Below, one piece after another: positions 1-10,435 of a DNA stretch of 64,000 nucleotides (within the stretch, counting starts at the first letter, position 1; each line of letters begins with the position of its first letter). The notes below the pieces were generated by a model that had not been told where the DNA came from, did not search any database, and saw only the letters and a program-made list of their open reading frames with translations. The stretch comes from Bacilli bacterium (GTDB taxonomy: Bacteria; Bacillota_I; Bacilli_A; RF39; UBA660): NCBI GenBank assembly GCA_017938725.1, contig JAGBAW010000026.1, forward strand, positions 9,014-73,013, written 5' to 3'. The translations under genes and the position numbers were made by a program.

Positions 1-216
1 ATATGTGATGAACCTACTGGTAATCTAGATCCAGATACATCACTTGAAATAATGAAAGTATTAGAAGTAATTAATAATTTAGGAACAACTGTTATAGTTG
101 TAACACATGATAGGGATATAGTTAATAAAATGAAGAAGAGGGTAATATTACTTGATAAAGGTAGACTAAAAAAAGATTTTGAGAAAGGAACTTATGATAA
201 AAATGAAAAACATTAG
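1..216 (+). CDS. ftsE: Cell-division ABC transporter ATPase FtsE, C-terminal part (5' end lies outside the window)
   Basis: Frame-1 translation ICDEPTGNLDPD...VTHDRD shows the Walker-B DEPT motif and H-loop of an ABC ATPase. The ftsX gene follows and overlaps it. Confidence 0.8.
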   Translation: MCDEPTGNLDPDTSLEIMKVLEVINNLGTTVIVVTHDRDIVNKMKKRVILLDKGRLKKDFEKGTYDKNEKH

Positions 217-1102
217 AATTTTATTAAAAAATATTAGAGATGGTCTTAAAAATATAGTAAGAAATTTTAGTTTATCACTAGCATCCATATCATGTATAAC
301 CGTAACTCTTCTTATAGTGGCAGTTTCTATGATAGGTTCATATAACGTAGAAAATTTTACTAAAGTTATTAGAGATGACTTTACTATAGTGGTTTATATG
401 AATAATGATTTAGACGAGGATAAGGAATCAAAAATAAAGGATGAAATAGAAAAATTATCAAATATAGAATCAATAGAGTATAATTCTAAAAAAGAAATTG
501 CAGAAAATATGAAAAAAGAATCTGAGATATTTAATACAATAATATCATCATGGTCAGAGTCTGAAAATCCATTATATGATACATATTTGGTGAAGGTTAA
601 GGATTCTGAAAAAATATCAAATGCTGCGAAAAGAATAAAAAAAATAGATGGTGTTGTTATGGTTAAATATGGAGAGGGTATGATAGAGTCATTATTATCA
701 ATATTTAATATAATTGAGAAAATATTGATTATTACTGTTCTTTCACTTATAATAGTAACAGCCTTTCTAATAATAAATACCATAAAGATAACAATATTTT
801 CAAGACAAGAAGAAATAGAAATAAAAAGATTAGTAGGTGCATCTAATTTCTCAATTAAACAACCATTTGTAATAGAGGGATTATTTATAGGATTGATTGG
901 TTCAATTATTCCAGTAATATCAACAATATATGGATATTCAACATTATATGAGAAAACAGGCGGTGTATTATTTTCAAAATTCATAACATTAGTTAAACCA
1001 TTCCCATTTGTATTTATAGTATCATTTGTTTTAATTGTTATAGGTATTGTTGTTGGTATGATTGGTAGTAGTAGAGCAGTAAGGAAGTATTTAAAAATAT
1101 GA
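194..1102 (+). CDS. ftsX: Cell-division permease FtsX
   Basis: 4-TM permease with a large extracytoplasmic loop, encoded directly after ftsE. The ATG at 194 sits after a GAGAAAGGAA ribosome-binding site; the ORF track starts at TTG 179. Confidence 0.75.
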   Translation: MIKMKNIRILLKNIRDGLKNIVRNFSLSLASISCITVTLLIVAVSMIGSYNVENFTKVIRDDFTIVVYMNNDLDEDKESKIKDEIEKLSNIESIEYNSKKEIAENMKKESEIFNTIISSWSESENPLYDTYLVKVKDSEKISNAAKRIKKIDGVVMVKYGEGMIESLLSIFNIIEKILIITVLSLIIVTAFLIINTIKITIFSRQEEIEIKRLVGASNFSIKQPFVIEGLFIGLIGSIIPVISTIYGYSTLYEKTGGVLFSKFITLVKPFPFVFIVSFVLIVIGIVVGMIGSSRAVRKYLKI

Positions 1103-2283
1103 TTAGATATTTAAGATTATTATTTATTGTAATGTTTATATTTGTTTTATTTCCTATTAGTGCAAATGCTAAAACACTCGGCCAGTTAAAACAAGAATAT
1201 GATGCTCTAGAAAAAAAATATAGTTCTACTGGCAGTAGTATAAAGGCAACTGAATCAGAAATAGCATCTGCAAAGGCGAGGATTGAAAGCATATATACTG
1301 AGCTTGATCAAGCCCAGAAAGAAATACAATCAATAACAAATGAAATATCAAAGTTAAATGAATCAATTTTTGAAAAAGATAAACAGACGAAAGAGTTAAT
1401 GAAATTTTTTCAAGTTTCTCAAGGTGAATCTACATATTTGGAATATATATTTTCGGCAGATAGTATAACAGATTTTATATATAGAATAACTATTACGGAG
1501 CAATTATCAAAATATAATGATAAACTTATTGATGAGATGAATTCGATGATTGAGAAAAATAATAAGAATATTGAAAATTTACATGTTAAAGAAGAATCAT
1601 TAAAAAAGTTACAGGAGGAATTAGGAAACAAATTAGTAGTATTATCATCAGAGAGAGAAAGTTTATATGACGAATATTCTTCATTAGAAGAGGATATAAA
1701 GAACTCTAAAACAATAATAGATTATTATATAAAGGCTGGTTGTACCGAAAATCAAGATATTTCAAGTTGTGCAAAAGAACAACTTCCACCAGGAACTAAA
1801 TTTTGGAGACCAGTTACCGCAGGATGTATAACCAGTAATTTCGGTCTTAGAGTAGATCCATTTCAAGGTGTTTATAGAACTCATTCAGGTATGGATATTG
1901 CATGTCGTAGCCTAAGTGGTGGCAAAATATATTCAATTTCAGACGGACAAGTAGTAACTATAAACAATGTAGATCGTGGTGGTTACGGTAAATACATAAT
2001 TATACATCATAGAGTAAATGGACAAAATTATTCATCATTATATGGACATTTAGAGGCTATATATGTATCTAAAGGGGATATAGTTAATAAAGATACAGTC
2101 ATTGGATATATGGGTAGTACTGGTAGAAGCACTGGACCGCATTTACATTTAAATGTATGCCATGGATTAAATAGTTGTATGTCAACATCTGTCCTTACAA
2201 ATCCAAGGAATTATATTAATTTTCCATTCTATGATGGAATACACTATTCATATTTCTATGATAGAACATCCTACTATAAATAA
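1099..2283 (+). CDS. M23 family metallopeptidase with an N-terminal coiled-coil, an FtsEX-associated EnvC/PcsB-like hydrolase
   Basis: Signal peptide and a long coiled-coil, then M23 motifs HSGMDIA, GGYGKYIIIHH and GSTGRSTGPHLHL. Its start overlaps the ftsX stop. Confidence 0.8.
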   Translation: MIRYLRLLFIVMFIFVLFPISANAKTLGQLKQEYDALEKKYSSTGSSIKATESEIASAKARIESIYTELDQAQKEIQSITNEISKLNESIFEKDKQTKELMKFFQVSQGESTYLEYIFSADSITDFIYRITITEQLSKYNDKLIDEMNSMIEKNNKNIENLHVKEESLKKLQEELGNKLVVLSSERESLYDEYSSLEEDIKNSKTIIDYYIKAGCTENQDISSCAKEQLPPGTKFWRPVTAGCITSNFGLRVDPFQGVYRTHSGMDIACRSLSGGKIYSISDGQVVTINNVDRGGYGKYIIIHHRVNGQNYSSLYGHLEAIYVSKGDIVNKDTVIGYMGSTGRSTGPHLHLNVCHGLNSCMSTSVLTNPRNYINFPFYDGIHYSYFYDRTSYYK

Positions 2284-2316
2284 AACAGTTAGAATTTAAT
2301 ATCTAACTGTTTTTTT
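2284..2316. terminator. Bidirectional rho-independent terminator between convergent genes
   Basis: Hairpin aacagttag-N10-ctaactgtt followed by a T-run. Confidence 0.5.
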
Positions 2317-2677
2317 ACTTATTATATATATTATAAAATTCACTAATAATTAGTAATACTATTATGAGTTTGCGATGTTTAGCAAGTATCGTATTAATTT
2401 TTTTAAAAGTATTATTTGATTTATTTATTATATCATTAATAAGTAGGGTAAACATATATAATAAAAAAATAAAAAGAGGAATACTAAGTATATTATAATA
2501 AAACGCTTTGGTGATGTTTAACTTAAATATTTCTAAGAATGCCCTTGTAAGCCCACATCCAGGGCAAGGTAGTTTAAATAACAATTTAAAAAAGCATGGT
2601 ATATGGCAATATATTAATACTAAAAATATTATTATAATAAAAAAAATAAATATATATAATTTATTTTTCTTAATCAA
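2315..2677 (-). CDS. DUF2752-like small membrane protein with a CPGCG motif
   Basis: Multi-TM protein of 120 aa carrying CPGCGLTRAF. Confidence 0.45.
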   Translation of the reverse strand: MIKKNKLYIFIFFIIIIFLVLIYCHIPCFFKLLFKLPCPGCGLTRAFLEIFKLNITKAFYYNILSIPLFIFLLYMFTLLINDIINKSNNTFKKINTILAKHRKLIIVLLIISEFYNIYNK

Positions 2678-3020
2678 CTAGCCTATTTCCTTGAGCATCA
2701 GTATTAATACTACCTGTTAATATTAATATACCTTCTATTAATCCCCAAATAGCAGATACAAACGACAAAAGACCACAAGTTAGAACAGTAATTAATAATT
2801 GCCCAACAGCCTTACCAGTATATCCTAAATAAAAGTTATGTACCCCAAAAGCTCCTAGAAATATACCTAAAAGTCCAGCTGCAATTTTTGATTTAGGATT
2901 ATTAATATTATTTGTATTATTAACTACTTCGGTATTTTGACTAGTACCATTTCCACAATTACTGCAGAAAGTATCATCGTCTTTTAATTCAGTACCACAT
3001 TTTTGACAAAATTTAGCCAT
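2670..3020 (-). CDS. Zinc-ribbon plus TM2-domain membrane protein
   Basis: N-terminal CQKCG...CSNCG zinc ribbon and a C-terminal GVHNFYLGYTGKA TM2-type motif. Confidence 0.55.
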   Translation of the reverse strand: MAKFCQKCGTELKDDDTFCSNCGNGTSQNTEVVNNTNNINNPKSKIAAGLLGIFLGAFGVHNFYLGYTGKAVGQLLITVLTCGLLSFVSAIWGLIEGILILTGSINTDAQGNRLVD

Positions 3021-3242
3021 TTAAAACACCTCCATTAAAATAATAATAACATAAATTAAATATAAAATAAAGTATATTTTTTAAAAAATTATATGTTTGA
3101 ATATCATACAAAATTATTATAAATATAATAGGCCCAAAACCATAAAAATATAAAAAAGAGTTATTTTAACGCTAAATATATAAGTATAATTTACTTATTT
3201 TTTAAATTTTATGCTATAATATCTACTCAAAGAGGTAGTATA

Positions 3243-4049
3243 ATGATAAATTTGCAACATATTAAGGATATAATTCGTACCCTTTTTGAATTAGAAATCA
3301 TATTAGGTAAGTATAAAATAGGTGATGGTTCGGATATACTTAATTTTAAGGATTTGAAACTACTAAGTATTGAGGGACATGAATATATAGTATTTTTATA
3401 TAATAATAGAGTTATTAAAATTCATAGAAATCACCTACAAAGTATTTATGCATTAAATGAAGAAAATGTTTTATCACTAATAGGTATTCCCACAAAGAGA
3501 ATTCTAATGCCAACTGATCCATTATATAATTTAAATAAAAACATTGTTGGATATGTTATGGTGCCAGTATTTCAAACAGGGAAGAATATATATGAAGAAT
3601 CAATGGATAGCTTTTTAAATGAAATTAATATTATTTATTGTGATATGAATATATTGAATGAAGAATTGGTGTTATTAAAAGATATACATCCCGGTAATGC
3701 AATATTTAATGGTAAAATATATATAGTTGATTCTGGAAGATATGTAAATGCTAATGTATTACTTTCTCCATATATTGATTTAGATAATAAAAATATAAAA
3801 ATGGTCGTTAAAGATAATAATATTGATGAAATAAACAGCTTTCTATATAGGTATATTATGAATTGTATTTTAAGTAATTTAGGTAAATCAACCAAAATAT
3901 CATGCTTAATGAAAGTCAAAAAGTATTTTGAAACTAAGTCATCTGAAATGGGTACAACACGTTATATTGATATTGTAGAACATGAATGTAATAGAAATAT
4001 GACAGTAATAGAATATGCTAAGACTTTAAAAAATATCATTGATATATGA
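3243..4049 (+). CDS. Short protein-kinase-like fold protein, APH/CotS-like phosphotransferase family
   Basis: Catalytic-loop-like LKDIHPGNAI followed by IVDSG (a DFG-equivalent), and an upstream VIKIH lysine strand. Only 268 aa. Confidence 0.4.
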   Translation: MINLQHIKDIIRTLFELEIILGKYKIGDGSDILNFKDLKLLSIEGHEYIVFLYNNRVIKIHRNHLQSIYALNEENVLSLIGIPTKRILMPTDPLYNLNKNIVGYVMVPVFQTGKNIYEESMDSFLNEINIIYCDMNILNEELVLLKDIHPGNAIFNGKIYIVDSGRYVNANVLLSPYIDLDNKNIKMVVKDNNIDEINSFLYRYIMNCILSNLGKSTKISCLMKVKKYFETKSSEMGTTRYIDIVEHECNRNMTVIEYAKTLKNIIDI

Positions 4050-4169
4050 TAGTATGTTAGATAAAAAAAGGTAATTTTAATTGCCTTTTTAATGTAGCAA
4101 ATATATTTTATAAAAAGGTTATATTTCACTATGATATAGCATTGAATAACATAGGAGGAATATACCTAT

Positions 4170-4895
4170 ATGAACAAATATCAAAAAAAATATTACGAAA
4201 TTCAAAATGAAAGTATTAATAATTTAAAAAATATATCAAAGTTTGTTATGAAAGATTTAGAATTAATTACATCAACAAAATTTGTGATTGATAAACTAGA
4301 TGATATCAATAAAATTTTCTATTTATTAGGAACTAAATATGCTAGATATCTTTATCCCATTTTAGAAAAATATAATTATAATTATCATGCTGAATTACAA
4401 TATATAATTGCCAATTTATGTTATTATCCAGAAAATGAATTTGATAATTTTAAATCATTTAAATCATTGATATCAATAAATAGAATAGAAAATGGTTATC
4501 AACTTGAAACTCAATTTGGGGATGCAAGGGTATACATAGCAAATAGACTTATACCTGATTTATCGTATTATACAGTATATGGGGAAAGTCATCAGTGCTG
4601 TGAAAGCTTTATGTGTGATTACAAAAATGTAAGTGCAAGCACATGTCTAATCGATGATCCATTTTCAAAAAAACATTATCATTCTTTAATCAATAGCGAA
4701 GATAATATTATTGATTTATCGCATAATGCTTTTATGCACTTTGGTGATTATAATAAAATATTTGCTCCACAAATATTAAATACAGTATCAACGGAAGAAA
4801 TAATGGCTGAAGCTAAGAAAATTTATAGCAAAGAAAATCTAGGTAAAGATAAGGGATTATTACTTTGTTTAGCATTAGAAAAACAGATAAAGTAA
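4170..4895 (+). CDS. Hypothetical protein with an HQCCESFMCDY Cys/His cluster
   Basis: ORF of 241 aa with a GGAGGA ribosome-binding site. No family recognised. Confidence 0.45.
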   Translation: MNKYQKKYYEIQNESINNLKNISKFVMKDLELITSTKFVIDKLDDINKIFYLLGTKYARYLYPILEKYNYNYHAELQYIIANLCYYPENEFDNFKSFKSLISINRIENGYQLETQFGDARVYIANRLIPDLSYYTVYGESHQCCESFMCDYKNVSASTCLIDDPFSKKHYHSLINSEDNIIDLSHNAFMHFGDYNKIFAPQILNTVSTEEIMAEAKKIYSKENLGKDKGLLLCLALEKQIK

Positions 4896-4936
4896 ATATA
4901 AATGAAAAAATAATAGCAATAGAAGTAAATTTGTTC

Positions 4937-4965
4937 TTGACATATAATGTAGCACGTGCTAAAAT
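4937..4965 (+). promoter_or_regulatory. Sigma-A-type promoter TTGACA-N17-TAAAAT with an embedded palindromic operator TAGCACGTGCTA
   Basis: Exact TTGACA at 4937-4942 and TAAAAT at 4960-4965, with a 17-nt spacer. The perfect 12-bp palindrome at 4950-4961 overlaps the -10. The ribosome-binding site and ATG of ORF 4987 follow. Confidence 0.5.
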
Positions 4966-4986
4966 TAATGTTAAGGAGGTAATATT

Positions 4987-5478
4987 ATGAATATAATAAA
5001 TGATATCCGTGAGAAACAAAGTCAATTAATATTAATGATTAATTCAACATTTGATGATATTATAAGAAATATTGAGTCTATACAAGATGATGAAAGAAGA
5101 AATGTAAGGGAATATGCTAGTATATATCCAATAACAAACACATCAGGATTTAAGGGAAAAAAGCCTATTTCAGTAACATTTGGTAATGTAACTAAGACTA
5201 CACCAACATGGAAGTCAGTAGTTGAATTCATATTAAAAGAGGTATTAAATGATCCAGTAATGAAGGAGAGAATATCATCTTTATGTGATATAGTTCTAGG
5301 TCGCACACGTAAAAGATTATCTTCAAGTGATGAAAATATGCGTAGTCCATTAAAGCTAGATGAAAATTTATTTATTGAGACCCATTATGATACAGAAACT
5401 CTTATGAATCTATTACTTCAAATTTTAAATGGCATCTCATATGATTATAGCCAAATTAAAATTTCTATAAAAAATTAA
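4987..5478 (+). CDS. Hypothetical protein, 163 aa
   Basis: AAGGAGG ribosome-binding site and an ATG. No recognisable motifs. Confidence 0.5.
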   Translation: MNIINDIREKQSQLILMINSTFDDIIRNIESIQDDERRNVREYASIYPITNTSGFKGKKPISVTFGNVTKTTPTWKSVVEFILKEVLNDPVMKERISSLCDIVLGRTRKRLSSSDENMRSPLKLDENLFIETHYDTETLMNLLLQILNGISYDYSQIKISIKN

Positions 5479-5855
5479 CTTTTTTAAAAACAAATTATAG
5501 GATTTAATTCCGTTAAATAGAGCAGAATTAAAATTAACGAAGTAGAATATAATTGTTTTACCACGACATCCAATAATTGAAGGAATTATTTCAATGTGAT
5601 TGGAATGATTATATAAGATAAAGATAGTGTATCATATCGCTTTATAAAAGATGTTGACGTTTTAATTATCGTTATCTATTTTGGTGGAACAGGTCATAAA
5701 AAAAGTAATTATTCATAGGTAAGTATAAAAAATGTACTTACCTTGTTTTAATATTGTAAAAGGGTTATAATAATATATAAGTTTTGTGTTATTTAGTATT
5801 ATATAATATTGTTTATTTTTAAAGCATATAAAAGGTCACAAGAAAGGGGAAAATT

Positions 5856-7808
5856 ATGTTCAAATTAGTATCAAAATATAAACCATCTGGTGATCAGCCA
5901 GAAGCAATAGATGAGTTAGTTCAGGGCCTTAATAATGGAAAAAGAGATCAAGTTTTATTAGGTGCAACAGGAACTGGAAAAACTTTTACTATTGCAAATG
6001 TAATAGAGAGGGTTAATAAACCAACTTTAGTTTTAGCACACAATAAAACTCTAGCAGGACAACTCTATGCAGAGTTTAAAGAATTATTTCCAGAAAATAG
6101 AGTAGAATACTTTGTCTCATATTATGATTATTATCAACCTGAAGCCTATGTTCCATCTAGTGATACATTCATAGAAAAAGATGCATCGATTAATGACGAA
6201 ATAGACGAATTAAGACATAGTGCAACCTCTGCCCTTATCTCTAGAGATGATGTTATAGTAGTAGCATCTGTATCATGCATATATGGTCTTGGTGAGAAGG
6301 AAGAATATGAAAACAAAACACTATCTTTAAAGGTAGGAGATGTAATTGATAGAGATGAAATACTAAAAAAACTAGTTGATATGTTGTATGAAAGAAATAA
6401 TATGGATTTAGTTCGTGGTACATTTAGAACAAAGGGTGATACTATTGAAATAGTACCTGCATATTCTAGAACTAATGCATATAGAATTGATTTATTTGGT
6501 GATGAAGTAGAAAAATTAATTGAGTTTGATACTACTACAGGTGCAGTTATAAATCAAAAGCAAACAATAACTATATTTGCCGCCTCTCACTTTGTAACAA
6601 GTGACGATAAATTAAAACTTGCTGTTAAAAATATTAGGGAAGAATTAAATGATAGACTTAAATATTTTAAAGATAATAACAAATTATTAGAGCTACAGAG
6701 ATTAGAGCAAAGGACAAATTATGATTTAGAAATGCTTTCTGAAACAGGATTTTGTAAAGGAATAGAAAATTATAGTAGACATCTTGCATTTAAAAAATCA
6801 GGTGAAGCTCCTACTACACTTATTGACTTTTTTCCTAAAGACTTTCTACTTGTTATAGATGAATCTCATGTAACTCTTCCACAAGTTCGTGCGATGTATA
6901 ATGGTGATAGAATGAGAAAAACAACCCTTGTTGAGTATGGTTTTCGTCTTCCAAGTGCACTTGATAATAGACCATTAAAATTTGATGAATTTGAAAGAAA
7001 GATAAATCAGGTAATATATGTTTCAGCAACACCAGGAGATTATGAACTTGATAAAACTCATGGTGAAATAGTAGAGCAAATAATAAGACCAACAGGTCTT
7101 CTTGATCCAACAATTGAGGTTAAACCATCATTAAATCAAATAGATGATTTAATAGAGCAAATTCAAAATAGGATTTCTAAAAATGAAAGAACACTTGTTA
7201 CAACCCTTACAATAAGAATGAGTGAGGAGCTAACAAATTATTTAAAAAATGTAGATATAAAAGTGGCGTATCTTCATAATGAAATTAAAACTTTAGAAAG
7301 AATGGAAATAGTAAGAGATTTAAGATTAGGCAAATATGATGTTGTTGTTGGTGTTAATTTGCTTAGAGAAGGTATAGATATTCCAGAAGTATCTTTAATT
7401 GCAATATTGGATGCTGATAAGCAAGGCTTCCTTCGAAGTGAGCGAAGTTTAATTCAGACAATCGGAAGAGCGGCAAGAAACTCAAATGGGCATGTAATTA
7501 TGTATGCAGATTCTATTAGTGATGCCATGGATAAAGCTATTAAAGAAACACAAAGAAGAAGATGTATTCAAAGTAAATATAATGAAGAAAATAATATTAT
7601 TCCAAAAACAATTATAAAGGATATAAGAGATGTAATCAAAAATACAGACTCTAATAAGGATGAAAAAATAACAAAAACGTATAGCAAGAAAGAAAAACAA
7701 AAGATAATGGATAAAATAGAAAAAGAAATGATGGAAGCTGCTAAAGGATTAGATTTTGAAAGGGCAACCGAACTTAGAGACATCTTATTTGAAATGAAAA
7801 TGGAATAA
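5856..7808 (+). CDS. uvrB: Excinuclease ABC subunit B
   Basis: GATGTGKT P-loop, helicase motifs, and the C-terminal UVR domain [12 protein letters not shown]. Confidence 0.95.
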   Translation: MFKLVSKYKPSGDQPEAIDELVQGLNNGKRDQVLLGATGTGKTFTIANVIERVNKPTLVLAHNKTLAGQLYAEFKELFPENRVEYFVSYYDYYQPEAYVPSSDTFIEKDASINDEIDELRHSATSALISRDDVIVVASVSCIYGLGEKEEYENKTLSLKVGDVIDRDEILKKLVDMLYERNNMDLVRGTFRTKGDTIEIVPAYSRTNAYRIDLFGDEVEKLIEFDTTTGAVINQKQTITIFAASHFVTSDDKLKLAVKNIREELNDRLKYFKDNNKLLELQRLEQRTNYDLEMLSETGFCKGIENYSRHLAFKKSGEAPTTLIDFFPKDFLLVIDESHVTLPQVRAMYNGDRMRKTTLVEYGFRLPSALDNRPLKFDEFERKINQVIYVSATPGDYELDKTHGEIVEQIIRPTGLLDPTIEVKPSLNQIDDLIEQIQNRISKNERTLVTTLTIRMSEELTNYLKNVDIKVAYLHNEIKTLERMEIVRDLRLGKYDVVVGVNLLREGIDIPEVSLIAILDADKQGFLRSERSLIQTIGRAARNSNGHVIMYADSISDAMDKAIKETQRRRCIQSKYNEENNIIPKTIIKDIRDVIKNTDSNKDEKITKTYSKKEKQKIMDKIEKEMMEAAKGLDFERATELRDILFEMKME

Positions 7809-7818
7809 TATAAAAAAA

Positions 7819-8343
7819 TTAATTCTCATAAATTAATTTTTTTCTTTTGCTAATATTATAAAGTGAGTTTAAAATACCTTTTCCATTTTCTTTTTCATCT
7901 ATAATAGTATATTCAACATCATTGCCAAAGTCCTTAAATATCTCATTTAATAAATTATTATTAATATTACCATCTACATAATATAAATTTATAAAATTAC
8001 CTTGATTTTTTAGACTATCTACGTATTTAAATACTTCACTTTCCTTACAAAAATCACCTTCATATAATAAAGCTCCACCATTATTAATGTCTTTGTAATA
8101 AACATTACCTAAAAATTGGTTTCCTAGATATATATTTTTTTCCCTTATATAATCTAATATGTTTCTAAAAAAATATGTAAATATATTTTTATTTTCGGTT
8201 TCATCACAAAAACTAATTATTATTTTTTGATCACCTTCTATTTGTGCAATTTCATCTAATTTGTCTAATATTTTTTTAAATTCGTCCCCATCAATTTTCT
8301 CAAAAGTATTATAAATACTCGTAATGAAAAGTAATATTCTCAT
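7819..8343 (-). CDS. Hypothetical protein
   Basis: Starts MRILLFITS after an AGGGGA ribosome-binding site; the ORF track gives a longer form from 8361. No family recognised. Confidence 0.4.
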   Translation of the reverse strand: MRILLFITSIYNTFEKIDGDEFKKILDKLDEIAQIEGDQKIIISFCDETENKNIFTYFFRNILDYIREKNIYLGNQFLGNVYYKDINNGGALLYEGDFCKESEVFKYVDSLKNQGNFINLYYVDGNINNNLLNEIFKDFGNDVEYTIIDEKENGKGILNSLYNISKRKKLIYEN

Positions 8344-8513
8344 AAACATTCCCCTATTCATAATATAGTATTCAAAAACAAAAATAATGACAATTTATAA
8401 ATTAATATGCAAATTATATTAATGAATATAAAGTGTAAAATTTATAGTAATATTATTTATTAATTCAATTTATTTATGTATAATTTATATTAATAGGGTA
8501 GGTGAATTAATAT

Positions 8514-9005
8514 ATGAATAAAATAATCGTTATAATTAATGGAACGGGCGGAAGTGGTAAAGATACATTTGTAGAATTCGTTTCAAAATATAAAAAAATA
8601 TATAATTTTTCATCTGTAGAAAAGGTAAAGGAAATAGCAAATTTAGTAGGTTGGAGCGGTTCAAAAACAGAAAAAGATAGAAAGTTTCTAAGTGATTTAA
8701 AAAAATTAACAACAGATTATAATGATATGTCTTTTACTAGCATTAAAAATGCTGTGGACAAATTTAATAATTCTGATAAAGAGATTATGTTTATACATAT
8801 AAGAGAACCAGAAGAAATAACAAGAGCGGTAAATGAATTTAATGCCAAAACATTACTTATTAGAAAAGAAGGATTAGATTCAATTACTACTAATTATTCA
8901 GATGCTAGTGTTGAAAATTATAATTATGATTATATAATAATAAATACTACTTTAGAAAAATTAGATGAAGCTGCGGAAAAATTTACTAAAAAATTAGGAG
9001 AATAA
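8514..9005 (+). CDS. P-loop kinase of the phage T4 gp1 deoxynucleoside-monophosphate kinase type
   Basis: Atypical Walker A INGTGGSGKDT, matching the GxxxSGKDT pattern of T4 Dnmk. 163 aa. Confidence 0.45.
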   Translation: MNKIIVIINGTGGSGKDTFVEFVSKYKKIYNFSSVEKVKEIANLVGWSGSKTEKDRKFLSDLKKLTTDYNDMSFTSIKNAVDKFNNSDKEIMFIHIREPEEITRAVNEFNAKTLLIRKEGLDSITTNYSDASVENYNYDYIIINTTLEKLDEAAEKFTKKLGE

Positions 9006-9422
9006 AAATATTCTCTTTTTTATGCTTTGTGGAACAATATATTACAATTCTTTTTCAATGGTGCTTTTTTATCACAAGATATTTTAATAAAATTTATTAA
9101 AATATTAAAAGACGTATATTATACATTAAAGATAAACAAAAAATGAAAGTTATTTTCTTAATAGTTATAGTTTAATTGAGGATACATTTGAAATACTGGA
9201 TACATTTATTTTAACAATTAAGCCATCAAAAACGTTTAATCTAGATTATGAATAATATGAACGAAGATAAGGGTAAAGAGATTTTTAAATTATTTGAAAG
9301 CATTATTTCAGAATATTATTAGTCAATATGAGCAAGTTGATAATAAAAGTTATAAGTATATAAAGTAAGGTGAAGTTATAAATTAATTATAACTTTTTAT
9401 TTTTATTGCATAATAATAATGG

Positions 9423-10373
9423 GTGATATATGTGATAGTAAGACTTGGATATGTTGCGATTAGTAAAACTTTAGATAATGTTACTTCATCTAGTACTATA
9501 ACATATACAAATTTTATAAAAAATAATGATTTTAGGAAATTAGACAATATAATTAAATCTAACTTTGAAGATTTAACAAAAATATTAAATTATAATATAA
9601 AAAACAATATACATTTTTATAGGTTAACATCTAAATTAATTCCACTAGCAACTCATAAGGGTGTAGAGTTTGAATACATAAATAAATATAAAAATTATTA
9701 TGAAGAAATATCAAAATTAATAAAAGAAAGTAATATGAGAGTCGATGTACACCCGGATCAGTTTTGTGTACTTAATAGTACTAATAAGGATGTATTTGAA
9801 AATACTATTGAAATACTCAAGTATCATATTAGTGTTTTAAAGGCATTAAAAATAACCAATCCAATTATAGTATTACATGTTGGGAGTAGTGTTTTTGGAA
9901 AAGAAAAATCAATAACTAGATTTATAAATAATTTTAAAAGATTACCTAAGGAAATTCAAAATGCGATAGCACTTGAAAATGATGACAAAATTTATAATGC
10001 AGATGATGTTCTTGCAATTTGTAAAAAATTAAATATACCATTTGTTTTAGATTATCATCATGAAATATGTAATCCATGTATAAATATAGATAATATATTA
10101 AGTGATATATTAAATACATGGAAAGGTATTAATCCAAAAATGCATTTTTCATCTCCTAAGAACAGAACTAAAAAAGACTTTAGATCTCATAATGATTTTA
10201 TATTTAGTGATGATTTTATTTTATTTTTAGAAAAAATAAAAAAATATAATACAGATATTGATATAATGCTTGAGGCAAAAGAAAAGGATAACGCTTTATT
10301 TAAATTAGTTAGAGAACTTAAATATAAAACAAATTATAAGTTTATAGATGAAACAAGTTTTGAAGTTAAATAA
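9423..10373 (+). CDS. uvsE: UV DNA damage endonuclease UvdE/UvsE
   Basis: Family blocks LENDDK, HFSSPK, RSH and MLEAKEKDNAL. N-terminus aligns with UvsE. GTG start. Confidence 0.85.
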   Translation: MIYVIVRLGYVAISKTLDNVTSSSTITYTNFIKNNDFRKLDNIIKSNFEDLTKILNYNIKNNIHFYRLTSKLIPLATHKGVEFEYINKYKNYYEEISKLIKESNMRVDVHPDQFCVLNSTNKDVFENTIEILKYHISVLKALKITNPIIVLHVGSSVFGKEKSITRFINNFKRLPKEIQNAIALENDDKIYNADDVLAICKKLNIPFVLDYHHEICNPCINIDNILSDILNTWKGINPKMHFSSPKNRTKKDFRSHNDFIFSDDFILFLEKIKKYNTDIDIMLEAKEKDNALFKLVRELKYKTNYKFIDETSFEVK

Positions 10374-10435
10374 TTACAAGAAACGACAAAATTCCTCATC
10401 AATTATTATTATAATATTAATTGGGTGAATTATAA

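Noticed and set aside
394-984. Antisense ORFs inside ftsX, the giant genes and uvrB (for example 394-984, 3635-3919, 6853-7113, 20743-21171, 28103-28384, 34522-35133)
   Set aside because: In this AT-rich DNA, long stop-free antisense frames arise by chance. They have no ribosome-binding sites and no protein-like composition.
4946-4961. A possible parS site, because of the CACGTG core near the soj-spo0J region
   Set aside because: It has 5 mismatches to TGTTNCACGTGAAACA. It is 27 kb from spo0J and sits inside a promoter, so it is more likely a repressor operator.
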